A stretch of DNA of 63,868 nucleotides, filler included, from Octopus bimaculoides (lineage: Eukaryota), in assembly GCF_001194135.2 (NCBI RefSeq). It is 3 parts of 3 records of this genome, joined end to end, with 100 filler letters (N's around TTAATTAATTAA, not from the genome) between each part and the next. Parts side by side here need not be neighbours in the genome. Positions count along the whole stretch, not along the records: positions 45,920 to 63,868 come from NC_068986.1; 2 more parts are not named here. One strand, given 5' to 3'. Shown piece by piece: positions 50,941 to 63,868 of this stretch. The notes below the pieces were generated by a model that did no database searches, was not told the DNA's origin, and saw only the letters and a program-made list of their open reading frames with translations. A program made the translations under genes and the position numbers. How positions within the stretch are numbered: the first letter of the stretch is position 1; every line of letters begins with the position of its first letter.

Positions 50941-51562
50941 GTAGAACACAGATATCTGTTTAAATAAAAAGACATTATTTTCGTAAAAAAAAATGTTACT
51001 ACGAACGACAAGACATTGGTAGGGTTCAAAGATAATTGTTCTTGGATTGGTGTGACTGTAGCAGCAGCTAAAATATTTGCTAGTCCCTGCGTTGTTGTCG
51101 CTCTTCGTTTATTGTGGTTAACTATTGGTTGTTATTCTGTCTTCAGATGACTCTCGTTCGCTATCTGTTCGTTGCTTTTGTTTTGGTTAGCTAATGTCCG
51201 CCGTCTGTTCGTCGTCTGTCTGCCGTATCCCCGTAGTAGCTAAGGTGCGCTGAATATATAGTGATGGATAGGCTCGGAGAAATGCAGGCAGCAACTAACG
51301 AACACAAAAGCAATGAACAGACGGCGAACGAGAGACATCCGAAAACAGCAGCACAGCTCACCACAAGGAACAAGAAGCAACAGCAACACAGGGATTAGCA
51401 AACATTTTAACTGCTGCTACAATCACACCAATCCAGGACCAATTATCTTTAAACTCTACCCATGTTTTATCGTTTGTAGTAACGACATGTTTTTTTGTTT
51501 ACAAAAAGTATAAATAACCTTTTTTTAAAAATCTAAATCCACCACCAGATATCAGTGTTCTT
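50941..51562. repeat. Long imperfect inverted repeat (foldback) with ~250-bp arms
   Basis: 50941-51190 aligns by eye to the reverse complement of 51295-51562. For example GATAATTGTTCTTGGATTGGTGTGACTGTAGCAGCAG pairs with CTGCTGCTACAATCACACCAATCCAGGACCAATTATC. Confidence 0.9.
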
Positions 51563-51624
51563 CGTAACATATGTACGTGTATGTGTGTATATATGTATAT
51601 ATTAAGGATGTCCGCTTAAAAATT

Positions 51625-51664
<40 letters not shown>

Positions 51665-51710
51665 AAAATTAAGGCTGTCCGCTTTAAATTTATATATATG
51701 TATATGTATG

Positions 51711-51770
<60 letters not shown>

Positions 51771-52753
51771 CACACACATATACCCCCACCCCATATGAAG
51801 TTCACATTAAGTTTCTTTTGAAATTAACTTTCAGTTTTTATTTCAGAACCCTTAAAGTTTTCTTCGCCATGGAATGATTAGAACCTGAATATTCTGCTTT
51901 GAATTACAACATGGAGTCTATATCCAGCGTCTTGATATCTCCACCACGACCATTCCAACAGAATACAAAATGTACCGGCAATCTGCTAGAAGAAAAGCGA
52001 CCAAACTTCACTCAAGCCACAATCTACGGTCTTTAAAAAAGGAAGGACATATTGTTTACATTTGTTCTGGACATACAAGAAATACGGGATATTCGTAGCT
52101 TGAACCCTTCTGTTCATACGTCTGCCCGATAAGGGCTTAACTGGACTAAACATCAACAACAGCAATAATCATCAACCGAAAGGGCCACAATTACCACCAC
52201 CACCACCACCACCACCACCACAATTACCATCAAATTACTACCACCNNNNNNNNNNNNNNNNNNNNNNNNNNNNNNNNNNNNNNNNNNNNNNNNNNNNNNN
52301 NNNNNNNNNNNNNNNNNNNNNNNNNNNNNNNNNNNNNNNACCACAACCACCAGCACTACTACACCGACAATGATATTAATCATGAGTGAATCTCCACGTA
52401 GTTGTCAGACATGCTAGAAATGACAGTCAGCTCTCCGTCACCTATCATGTTACCGTTTCGTTTTAGAAAAGCCGGGATGGTCACAACTAGAACGCCTTTG
52501 ATCATAGATCTATCTGCACAATTAGAGCAGATCCTACACTAAACAATAAACAACAGTGATAACAACAACGCCAGCATTAATCACGTGATCAGCAGCAGCA
52601 ACAGCAACAACAATAACAGCAGAATATCAATCCATTTTAATTTGATTCTGGTTAATCGATATTCTTTTTTATATTCAGATGAAATGAAATCAATCACTGA
52701 CATTGGTAAACTACGTTGTAAAGCTATCCGAGCAGAAATCTCAAACAAATAAC

Positions 52754-52821
<68 letters not shown>

Positions 52822-53051
52822 TATTTAAAGCCTGAAATAGCAAAGACAGGGAAAGCTACATGAAAAAGAAATCTTGTCTGATTTTCTATAATCTTTTTTG
52901 AAACGGAATAATATATCCAGAATAGTAACAAAAATCATAAGATATAAAATAATATATAATATAATATAATATTATATATATATATTAAGTACGTGTGAAG
53001 TGTTCACTTGTACTCGTTCATTATACACTCTCATACACACACTTAAATATA

Positions 53052-53095
<44 letters not shown>

Positions 53096-54840
53096 TGGTG
53101 GAAGGTATGAACAAATAAACATCGCTGAAGTTATATCTTAAATTACAAACGAGATGAATTACATGGGATGAGTTTAAATGATAGGTAATAAAGAATGGAA
53201 AATCGCTGTTAGAGGCGTCCATCTTGTTTTTGTGAATCAATCATTGTCGTCTTACTGCTGATTTGAAGAATTGCTAACTTCAGATAATTGAAATTGATAT
53301 GAAGGAATCTGACGACAATGACTGAAGACTATAGGCATTTATATTGCTAATGTAATTAATTTGGAATTCACGTGATCTTGGAAAAAAAATGACCGAAACC
53401 AAAACTTTAATAGACTATGTTGTTTAGGTAGAAGCAAAAACAGACAAAAACGATAGCTAGATTTAATAGAAAAACTTTGAAATATCTATATGAAATCCAT
53501 ATTATTGTAATATAAAGAGAAGTAACGTCGGTCATCATAATCACTAATTAAAAATAGAAAATAGAACCACTGGTGGGATTAGAACAATGTTTTTATCGCT
53601 TGCCGCCGGGAGACCAAGTTAATGATTGATAGACCTCTCTCTGAAATTTGGTAGTGAATGACAGACAATATAATCTTTAAAAAGAAACACTTAGAATAGT
53701 ACAAAGAATTCCATCTCAGCGTTTGTTAAGACTCCAAGTATCTTTGAAAGGTTTACATAAATGTAAAGGATTTTCTTGGATTTATATCGTAGAGTTTCCA
53801 AAGGCGTTTACTATATCACACACACACACAAAAACCCACGCAGTAGTAGATATAATTGTACAGTACATCAACAAAGGGACCAAGGCGCAGTAAATTCAAT
53901 AGGGTTTTTCCAAGTGACTTTTTCGTGGGAAACTCTGTAGAAGGTTCCGCTTCCCATACCCACGAAAAAGGGGATCATAAACAAAGTTAGTAGCTAAAAT
54001 ATTTTCACAAACAAGAGTAAGTAGAGGAAAAAAACTATTAAACAAGAAAGATCAAATAGAATATATTAAAAAAATAAAAAAACAAGGCTCAATTCGTACA
54101 AATTTCGATTCAGGATTTTTCAATGAGTTGTAGATAGTTATAATCCCATGGATATTTATTGTGGTCCACATTTAACTTGAGAAATCATCTTCGCCTGAGA
54201 TTTTGCTTTCCCAAATATCACTTAGTATACGCTCGTACTGATAATATATAGTAAACTAAATAACAAGGATATATACACTCAGTACTAACACACCATATAC
54301 TTACAATACACCAAAATACCACCTTATTATTATTTTACTTTACAATAGTGTGTACACTGCATCTCATTGTCTAAATATCATTTATACACCTGTACACTAC
54401 AAAATCTATATTATATCATTCAATATCTTATATTATCTTCCTCTCAGTCGTACACCATTCCACATCTGATACACAGCACAACTACTTCAGACAGTACGCA
54501 TCAAACTGTATAAAGCGCCATCCTACACTACAGGAACCTCTACGTAGGTGTTCCTCTTGCTAGAAATAGTAACCAAATCTCAATCGAATCATATCTTTCC
54601 GTTTACAAAACGAAAGGTGTTTGAAAATGTTGTTCTAGATGTACCGTGATTTTTATTTTTATTTTTTTAATAAAACTAGATAGTTACAGCCAGAGCACAT
54701 TTGATCGTAGATTCCCTGACTTAGGGGCTCAACACCCCTTCCGCTCACCAACAATAGCACTACACAATACAATATTATTGCATTGTATTGTTATTCTTGC
54801 GAATGGTAAACTGAAAAAAAGAAAGAAAAAGAAAACGGTG

Positions 54841-54879
<39 letters not shown>

Positions 54880-57816
54880 AATATACGCATTTTCATAAAC
54901 GCAATACTCACACACATATATATATATATGTACATGAAGCTTTACACCCACCCCACACGCTTATTTAAACCGGTACGTGCGTAGTCACACTCATATTTAA
55001 ACACACATACACACAAAATATGCGAATGCAAATATTATGCAAATTCCCAAGCACGTGCACACACACCTAAGACACACATCTTATGTGCACACATCTGACT
55101 TTACATGTATAGTTGTATGTGTTGATGTATAGAAAACCGGGAACCAGTGGAAGCGGAAAGGGTGTGTGGTGAGGTAGAAAAGCTCTATATTTAGCAAAAT
55201 GAATATTCTGATTTAGAAAACAGATCGATATTTTATCAAGCTGTTTCTGTTTTGAGCGTTACAGACGTTATGCTGTCTGCCATTGGTTCACAATCCTTGT
55301 TGCACAATAAGTATTGAACATATCCCCACTATCTAAAAACGAAAAGCGGTTATAACTCCTGTGTTATGGTCCATACAATCACTGAATGACATCAGTTAGG
55401 CATTTCATCCTTCACTCACCACAATTACAATTCAAATTTTTACGTCATCACTATTATCATCGCAGTCTATCAACACTATTAACAACTATCTCACAATAGC
55501 TATTAGAACATCGCCACAGCATCTCTACTTCTAATCATAGCTCTAACACTTGGCAGCAATAACTTTCATCAGAATAGATTGACATTAATAATCTGTCCCA
55601 CCACAATCCATATCTGCTACTATAACAGCCTCAAAACAACTGTTGCCACTCTCTCACAACTAACTAGTCTTCTCTGAAATTATTACTGCTTAGTAATCAT
55701 TGTCTATGGATCACAACTATTATGTCTGTCTCACAACAAATATTGTATAATTAACACAATCATTATCTGCCGGACAAACTACTGCATCTCTCACCTCACA
55801 ACAATAACCATCATCTCGATACATCACCTTCACAACAATCCTTACTGAATAACAATAATTGTGCTTAAAATGATTTCCCTTGTCTTTACCCCGTGGTAAC
55901 TATTACAGCTTTACTGCATCTAATTCACATTACAGTTCTTATCTCTGTCAAATAATTAAACTGTACATACGACAACTGCCATTTTCTGCTTCATAACTAT
56001 TATTACTGTCTCAATAACTATCTCTGTTTAAAGAACAGCTATCACAGCCTCACATTTTTTTCTCGATTTGATTCCTAACGATTGATTTCTGTTTTCTTAC
56101 AACAGTTGTTTCTACCTCACACGAACTGTTATTGTACAACAGCGACCAGCTTTTATAACAGCTAAATGCTTTTTAACATCACTATCATCATCATTGCTTC
56201 ACAACAGTAACAACTATAACAATAATGAATTTTGATTGTCATTAGCAATAACCATTTTTCCTTCCTCACAGCGTCACTAATAACCCTAATGTCACCGTCT
56301 CACAACTAACTGCCCCACAACAACTATCACTCACTACCTCATAGCAAAAACAGCCATTGTCAGGCTCACTGAGTTGTCCGCAAAATAAAAGAATTTTGCA
56401 TTTGACGATTAAAAATTATTGTCAAATATTAGAGTAAGGAAGAGAGAACGTCATTTTAGCGTATAATGCCGTCATTGCTGACGTGATTTGGAATACGTTA
56501 CACGTTTTCTGTAAAAAAAAACATAGTTGTAAACGAAAGTGGCGACATTTCTGAGTTGTTACACCATGTCGCAACTATAAAGGTCCTGTCACTCTTATCT
56601 GAGTTATTTCTTGTATATAAAAGAAAGTATCAGGAAAACATTGTTTATGGCTGAGGTTAGCGTCAGCTCTGATGTGCTACATCATTTGTGATAAACATAA
56701 TATCATCTGTGATACATATGTATATAAACACAACGCATACACATATATCAAATGGTTTAACATTATTTATATATCGCCACTAGTACTAGCATCAACAAAC
56801 CATTTGAAGAGAATTATTGGACAACGTCTCCAATATCAACATTTAACGTCATTTATGAAATAAATAAATACATAAATACACGGATTTAACGTAATTCCCG
56901 CCAATGTCTGCAAAGCGCTTTGTACGACTGTAACTCTAACGTCAGCAACATTAACGTCACTGCTTTGTTGCAATATTTCTTCGTAACATCACGTTCACAT
57001 CATTTGGTAAGACAACCACGATTTATGTGTACTTCTACTGTGCCATAATACCTGTAACACAATTGAGGCACCACCTCTGTGACGACTGTTGCCGTAATGT
57101 CGTCTTTGGCCTTAGCTATCAGCTTCTTGTAAACATTTCACCATTTTTCGGGCGCAGGGTGTAGAGTACAGGTTATCTACAACTGAGTATCCAGCATACA
57201 GTAACCACTGGACATTTCCAAGTAGTAGCTACACACAATAGAGTACATTCTATAAGTTAGACAAAGATCAAGACATATACTCTAGAGTACAAAATTCAGA
57301 GTACACAATGAAGGGGATAGAGTAGTTAGCAGAGAAAGGAGTACAGTCAATGAAAAGGAAGGTACTACAGGGTACAAAATTAAGGGTACATGCTGCAGGG
57401 AACACGGTAGTGAGTACAGTAAAGGACATAGGACAAAGTTAGGCGGTGAATGCAAGAGGTGATATTGGGAATAATATGCAATACGAGAGCTGAACATGGG
57501 GTGCAGAGGAGGGTCAGGGTACATGCTTAGAGTATAATAACCGAGTAACAACTGTGTATGCGAGTGAGATTATAGATAACGTTGTAGTTTACACAATTGG
57601 ATTAGTGGAGGCCGTAGAGTTGCTGATCTCTGTTCAAGTAGACGTGTACAGTATTTGGCATTCACTTGAATAGGTATACAGTGGAGGTGTACCGGCAGCA
57701 AAGCACACTCGTGGGTAGATTGAAGTGAACCGAGCTGAACTTAGTCGGGTACAGTAAGTAGAATGGAATGAGCACAAGTTGAGGTCATCTTCGTTTTGAA
57801 GCTGCTGCTGTTACTG

Positions 57817-57878
<62 letters not shown>

Positions 57879-58368
57879 GCTGCTACTGCTGCTGCTGCTG
57901 CTGCTGTCGCTGTTGCTGTTGCTGTTGCAGATCTATATTTCTACTCTTGCTTAGTAACTGCCCCTTCCTCTTTCATGTCATCGTCATTGTCATCATCATC
58001 GTCATCATCATCATCATCATCATCATTTACTTATCACTGATAGTAATCCTGCTGCTTCTCTTGCTGCTGACAACAGACTGAAACACTCTAACAATTCTCC
58101 TTCCCAAGGAAACGCTGTTAATTTTCTTTAAAAAAAATATATTCCGGAAGTAAAATAAATTCGTATAACAGTTCATTATAAGTCTATACCGGAAGTTGAT
58201 AATGGACAACAGCTATATTACTACACTGGAAAAGTATTATACTTACTAATATTAATAGTACTTCTATCAATCAATCAATCAATCAATCAATCAATTAATC
58301 CATTTATCTGTCTGTCTGTCTGTCTGCATAACTGTCTCCGTCTCTTTGTGGTTGTCTCTCTCTCCCTG

Positions 58369-58414
<46 letters not shown>

Positions 58415-60189
58415 ATATAGGTATACATATGTATATGTATAAGGAGTATAGAAATTAAGGTATACTACTACTACTATTGCTACTGCTGCTGCTGCTGATC
58501 TATAATTCTACTCTTATTCGATACCGATATATTATTCCTCTTCCCCGTCGTCCTCTTCGTTATCTTCGTTGCTGTCCCCATAGTTTTAAATTAATAAACG
58601 CCTATTGTGGTCTTGTGCCGAAATCTGAAACTAATATACGCCTATATTAACATCTATGTTATATAAGAAAACGTTATTATATCACTTTCACATTACGCGC
58701 GCACTCACACACACATACACACATACAGACACACACACACTCTAGATGTAAAAGTAAAAACAAAATTTAGACTATCAACAACATTCTCACAAATACAACA
58801 AAGTATTCAATCGCTACCTGCGTTTATTGATATTATCATATTATCAAAAGCCACAGGATAATATTTCTGCAGCAATCACATATCTATAGATCTATATTAA
58901 TATATATATTATTAATAATGTAACGTCAATATAGAAATATATTGGAAGCAAATTTTACATGAATATCTCAACAAAGTAAATTTAATTAAACGAAAATCGT
59001 TGTTTAACTAAAATCTCTGTTTTGATATTCAATAGAAGCTGGTTAATACCTGCACGAAGATCGATTCGATTAAAAACAAAAGCCAAGATATTAATGAAAA
59101 ACTATCTGATAACAGTAATAAACCGGGAAATGAAAATAAAATTAAAATATTCTGTATAAATGTATAGCAAAATTCAAGGTATTAGTTTAGTTAATAAATA
59201 CGTAACAGTTAAACTACCGATAAAAATCACTTTTGTGAAGATATATACTTAGCGCCGGGATAGGTTCTGCGTACCGTATTCTTGGCTTGCTTCGCTATCC
59301 AGCTTCAACAAAGAGATATTACTTGGAAAACACATGCAGCCTTTGACTGGTCGTAATTTCGGAATGAACGAAAGCCCATTTTGGAATTGCCAGTCAATTT
59401 GTTGAGGTTAAAATATCTCCAGATAACTTAACATTATATATAAATACTCAGATAAAAATATTTGACTGAAACATAACACGTTCATAATATAAATTTATAT
59501 CAACTGAAAATTCACTAAATAAATTAATAACAGCTCCTCCCAGAAATAAAATGAATTAAACAGCACACACACACACACACCCCGAAGATCGCCGTGTCGT
59601 GAAACACGAGTCGCTAGAGAAACTTTNNNNNNNNNNNNNNNNNNNNNNNNNNNNNNNNNNNNNNNNNNNNNNNNNNNNNNNNNNNNNNNNNNNNNNNNNN
59701 NNNNNNNNNNNNNNNNNNNNNNNNNNNNNNNNNNNNNNNNNNNNNNNNNNNNNNNNNNNNNNNNNNNNNNNNNNNNNNNNNNNNNNNNNNNNNNNNNNNN
59801 NNNNNNNNNNNNNNNNNNNNNNNNNNNNNNNNNNNNNNNNNNNNNNNNNNNNNNNNNNNNNNNNNNNNNNNATATATATATATATATGATAGGCACTGCT
59901 AAACGATATATGATCTATGCGTTAAAGAGTACGCTGGAAAGACGTGACATTAAGTATGACATTGTATAAGTAGGTTAGGACACGTGGTTAGGTCAAGTGT
60001 GGTTAGTCAGCGATTAAGAAACACTCTTAATTACTTTAGCATGGGTCATTGTGAACTTTGACGTCCCCGTAGTATTTAATCTTTAATCTTTAAGAGGTTT
60101 CTTCTATCCCTTCACTGAGGGGTATCACTGATATTGCTGCTGCTGTAGCTGTTGTTGTAGTTGGGGTTATAATAGCAATAATACTGATA

Positions 60190-60300
<111 letters not shown>

Positions 60301-60930
60301 AGCAATTATTAAGGCAATTGAGTGGATTTTTCTGTTGAACCTTCAGCGACACCACCGCCGCTGCCACTACCACTATTACTACCTCTATCGGCATTACTAT
60401 TTAGATGTACCTTGTCTCTCTTAACAAGTCATTACCCTGAAACCATTGAGGCAGCAGATATATATATATATATATATATAAAGAGAAAGCGAGAGAGAGA
60501 GAGAGAGAGAGAGAAGAGAGTGAAATAGTTGGAAAAAGAAATGATATAGATAAGTGTACATAGGTACAGATGGATTGATTGATAGCTCGAAAACATAAAC
60601 AGATTGGTAGCTAAGTAATTAAGCATATAGAGATAAGCAGATATAAATAGACAGCGGACAGTTAGACAAACATATAGAGATAAAAGAAAAAGTGGTTGTT
60701 AGTCCTATATCGTGATTTAGCGTGTAATAAATTCTGTGCGGTGTCTTATCCATTTTAGATATTGTTAGACTTTAATGGTTTGCTTCAGGAACTTGTGCCA
60801 TAAACTTTGGCCTAACAAACAGAACCCTTAGTCCTGCATTTAATATTAAACTTACCTCGACATTCCTATATATGACATTGAAAAGAAAAGTTCAACCAAC
60901 GGAAATACTCAGGTAAACGTAATTAAACAG

Positions 60931-60992
<62 letters not shown>

Positions 60993-62047
60993 AAAGTCTT
61001 CAAACCTCGTGTGATTGCTGTGTTGCTGTGATAAGAAAACAAATGAACCTTAGCTCTTTTTATCATTTAACCGTAAATTCTTAACGTTCTACTTTTGCTG
61101 TCTTCCTGTCGATAGAAGAAAATATTCTAATATACATATGGTAAATAAAACCCGGATATATTTATATGAAAACAAAATTTTGGTGATGACAATACTGGTT
61201 TGAGTATGAGAAAACGGCATCCGCGATTTCTGCGTTAATCCCACTCGTAAAAGCAAATAATCTGCTCCGATGATGAATAGCTGCCTGCCCAATCAATAAC
61301 CAAGGCTGAAAACGAAAACCCATTTTAAAGGGTTGACCGTGAAACTTAAAACGACAATAATAACATCAACCACAGAAACAACAACAGCAACCACCACCAC
61401 CACCACCACCATAAGAACAAGAACAACACCAACAAAAGAGACAACAGCAGAAGCAATTTCCAATAAATCCGTTTGACTATTTATTAAAAAAAAAAAATCC
61501 ACTTCAAATACCAAAGTTTGAGCATTTTATTAATTTATATAAAATAATTAAATGCTTATTATACACGCATGAAAACAAAACAATTTCCACAACCTCTTAG
61601 CTCCACTGGAATATCGAATACTTTAAACTCATTATATATATATATGTATATATATTTATGTGTGCGTGTGTATGTGTATATATATGTGTGTATATATGTG
61701 TATATAAGAGTGTGCAGACAATAAGTACAAAAAATAAATTAAAATATTTGAAACGAGTAAGTAGATATTTTAATTATGAACTGAGATTATTATTATTATT
61801 ATTCCTTCACCGTATCTATTGGTTTCACGATGTCGCTACTCACACAATGAAGTAAATTTACCCATTGACTACTCATTGACAAGATTTTTTGGAATCTAAA
61901 TATTCGAACTACGCTGGGTGGACTCGATTCGTCACCAGGGAGAATATAAACGCGGAGATGAACACTGGACGTTACTATAGACGTTGTCTGTGGTTATAAA
62001 AACAATATATATATGTATATATATGGATGTTAATGTTTACATATAAA

Positions 62048-62102
62048 ACAAGGCTGTCATCTTTACAAGGCTGTCATCTTTACAAGGCTGTCGTCTTTAC
62101 AA
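62048..62102. repeat. 17-bp tandem repeat x3 upstream of the ABHD15-like ORF
   Basis: ACAAGGCTGTCATCTTT x2 plus ACAAGGCTGTCGTCTTT. Confidence 0.9.
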
Positions 62103-62464
62103 TGGAAACGTCTTGTCACGTATTTCAGTAGTGAAGTTTGGTTTTTTCCTTTCTTGCGAATAACAGAACAACATTTCCTTTCAATATGAATCGTGAATAA
62201 TACACCAATATATCATAATATTGTATAACATTTTCCTTTTCGAACAGTAAGCTATACATATACATAGTCGTATGGTCTCTTGATTTGTCAGTGAAGACGT
62301 GCCATTATTGCTGCCTGGTATTTCCACCACGTTAAAAAAAAAAAAAAAAAAAGAATCCGTCTATGACTATCCCACCTTCCATAATTTTAATAACTACAGA
62401 TTACCTGCAACATCAACAACTACAGAATATTTACCCAAACAATACATTGTCTATTTTAAATTAA

Positions 62465-63652
62465 ATGTTCATATTGATGCGAAAACGAAAGAGAACGTTA
62501 ACTATGGTGACTGCTGGCGCAATCATTGCTCTGCCGTCACCGCTTTTCATGGCATTTATTTTCGTAATTATAATGTTTCTGATTTACAACTGGAAGTTCT
62601 TCCAGACCGTTGATGCCATGCCGGTCGCTTATTATAAAGAGTCCGCTCTGGCGACACACATTATGAAAAAATGCAAGCAACTGTGTCAGCCGTTCAAACC
62701 AACCCTGTGGATCAGGAATAAGCACATTCAGACGTTACTTACCCCATGGTTGTCCAATCCCCAAGTGCAATACGAAAGGGAATATTTACAGATGCGGGAT
62801 CGTGGTATCGTTTCTATCGACTGGGCATCGATCCGAGATAGACGCATTCGTGAGTCGAACACGGTTTTCATCATTATCCCGGATGTAGCCCGGGATGCAA
62901 CCAGTGTCAGCCGATTAACTAAACACGCGACTGACCGAGGTTTTCGCGTGGCTGTATTCAATCGACGCGGCCACGCTAACAGTTTCTTGACTTCTCCAAA
63001 ACTACAAGGCTTTGGCGACCCGACAGACTTGCGACAAGTAGTCAAGTACATTAGGGGAGTATATAGCCGAGCTAATTTGGTGGCGGTGGCGATAGGGACA
63101 GGAAGTGGCCTTTTGCTTTCCTACCTTGGTGAATATGGCTCTTCGGCCCATCTCGCCGCCAGTGTGTGTGTGTCAGCCTGTTACGAAGCACAAGAATTGT
63201 TAGGCAAAGACCTAAAGAACATTTACGACTTTTTCTACCTCCTCAGGCAAAAGAGGGCACTCAGTCCTCATGTACCGGTTCTCACCGGTCACTTAGATCT
63301 ATTATCACTGTTCAACAGCTGGACATTTCGAGACTTCGACGAGAGATTGTACTGTAAAATGTACGGACATAAATCAATCGACGAATATTGGGAAAGAAAC
63401 AATCCTATGAGAGATGCGGACGATATTGCTGTACCTCTTCTGTGTATCAACAGTCTCGATGACCCTATGTTCCCTAAATGCAATATCCCTTATGATCTGT
63501 TTAAATGTTACCCCAATCTATTTCTGGTGGTCACCGAAAGAGGGGGCCACTGTGGTTTCATTGAGAACTTGACGACTGCTGTGTCGTGGGCCGAGTGCTT
63601 GACGATTCGTTATATCGAGGCTGTGCTGGACGCTCAACTTAAAATAAAATGA
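62465..63652 (+). CDS. ABHD15: ABHD15-like alpha/beta hydrolase (ABHD1/2/3/15 family), single coding exon; true start may be M5 or M14 (62504)
   Basis: 395-aa open frame with an N-terminal hydrophobic helix. Motifs: NKHIQTL, REYLQMRDRGIVSIDW, VFNRRGH, FGDPTDLRQVVKYIR, GTGSGLLLSYLGEYGSS, YWERNNPMRDADDIAVPLLCINSLDDP, GGHCGF. FGDPxDL and GSxLLLSYLGE-GSS are ABHD15-typical. Confidence 0.9.
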   Translation: MFILMRKRKRTLTMVTAGAIIALPSPLFMAFIFVIIMFLIYNWKFFQTVDAMPVAYYKESALATHIMKKCKQLCQPFKPTLWIRNKHIQTLLTPWLSNPQVQYEREYLQMRDRGIVSIDWASIRDRRIRESNTVFIIIPDVARDATSVSRLTKHATDRGFRVAVFNRRGHANSFLTSPKLQGFGDPTDLRQVVKYIRGVYSRANLVAVAIGTGSGLLLSYLGEYGSSAHLAASVCVSACYEAQELLGKDLKNIYDFFYLLRQKRALSPHVPVLTGHLDLLSLFNSWTFRDFDERLYCKMYGHKSIDEYWERNNPMRDADDIAVPLLCINSLDDPMFPKCNIPYDLFKCYPNLFLVVTERGGHCGFIENLTTAVSWAECLTIRYIEAVLDAQLKIK

Positions 63653-63664
63653 AAATTGTAATTA

Positions 63665-63722
<58 letters not shown>

Positions 63723-63728
63723 TACTAC

Positions 63729-63771
<43 letters not shown>

Positions 63772-63868
63772 GTTTTTTTATCGTCATTGTTGTTGTTGCG
63801 GTCATCGTTGTTGTTGTTGTTGTCATCGTTTATTATTATGATAACACTTCCAATCAGTTGGGATCAGA

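Noticed and set aside
59965-60010. GGTTAG-like motifs suggesting an interstitial telomere repeat
   Set aside because: Only three or four interrupted units; not a tandem array.

Overview
Eukaryotic (animal) genomic DNA: AT-rich, rich in microsatellites, with many N gaps. The SINE, RTE and Penelope repeat landscape looks cephalopod, probably Octopus (inference from recalled repeat consensus, not a database search). Two host genes are supported. (1) Four 3' exons of CTP synthase lie on the minus strand (20742 to 15545). They encode the glutaminase catalytic Cys and His-Glu and an unusual C-terminal NGIIKE hexapeptide-repeat tail. One short internal exon and all 5' exons are not visible. (2) An intronless ABHD15-like alpha/beta-hydrolase ORF lies on the plus strand (62465-63652) and lacks the nucleophilic Ser. 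The rest is decayed mobile DNA: two RTE-clade LINEs (one ending in three C2H2 zinc fingers), two distinct Penelope-like elements, hammerhead-like PLE terminal repeats, Tx1/L1 3' ends sitting in GATA repeats, mariner fragments, hAT and TTAA-type MITEs, and many tRNA-derived SINEs. There is also a ~620 bp unexplained foldback. Two 100-bp N-TTAATTAATTAA-N spacers mark scaffold joins, which limits long-range inferences. No CRISPR, rRNA or true tRNA genes were seen. Most ORFs in the six-frame track are microsatellite or N-gap artefacts.
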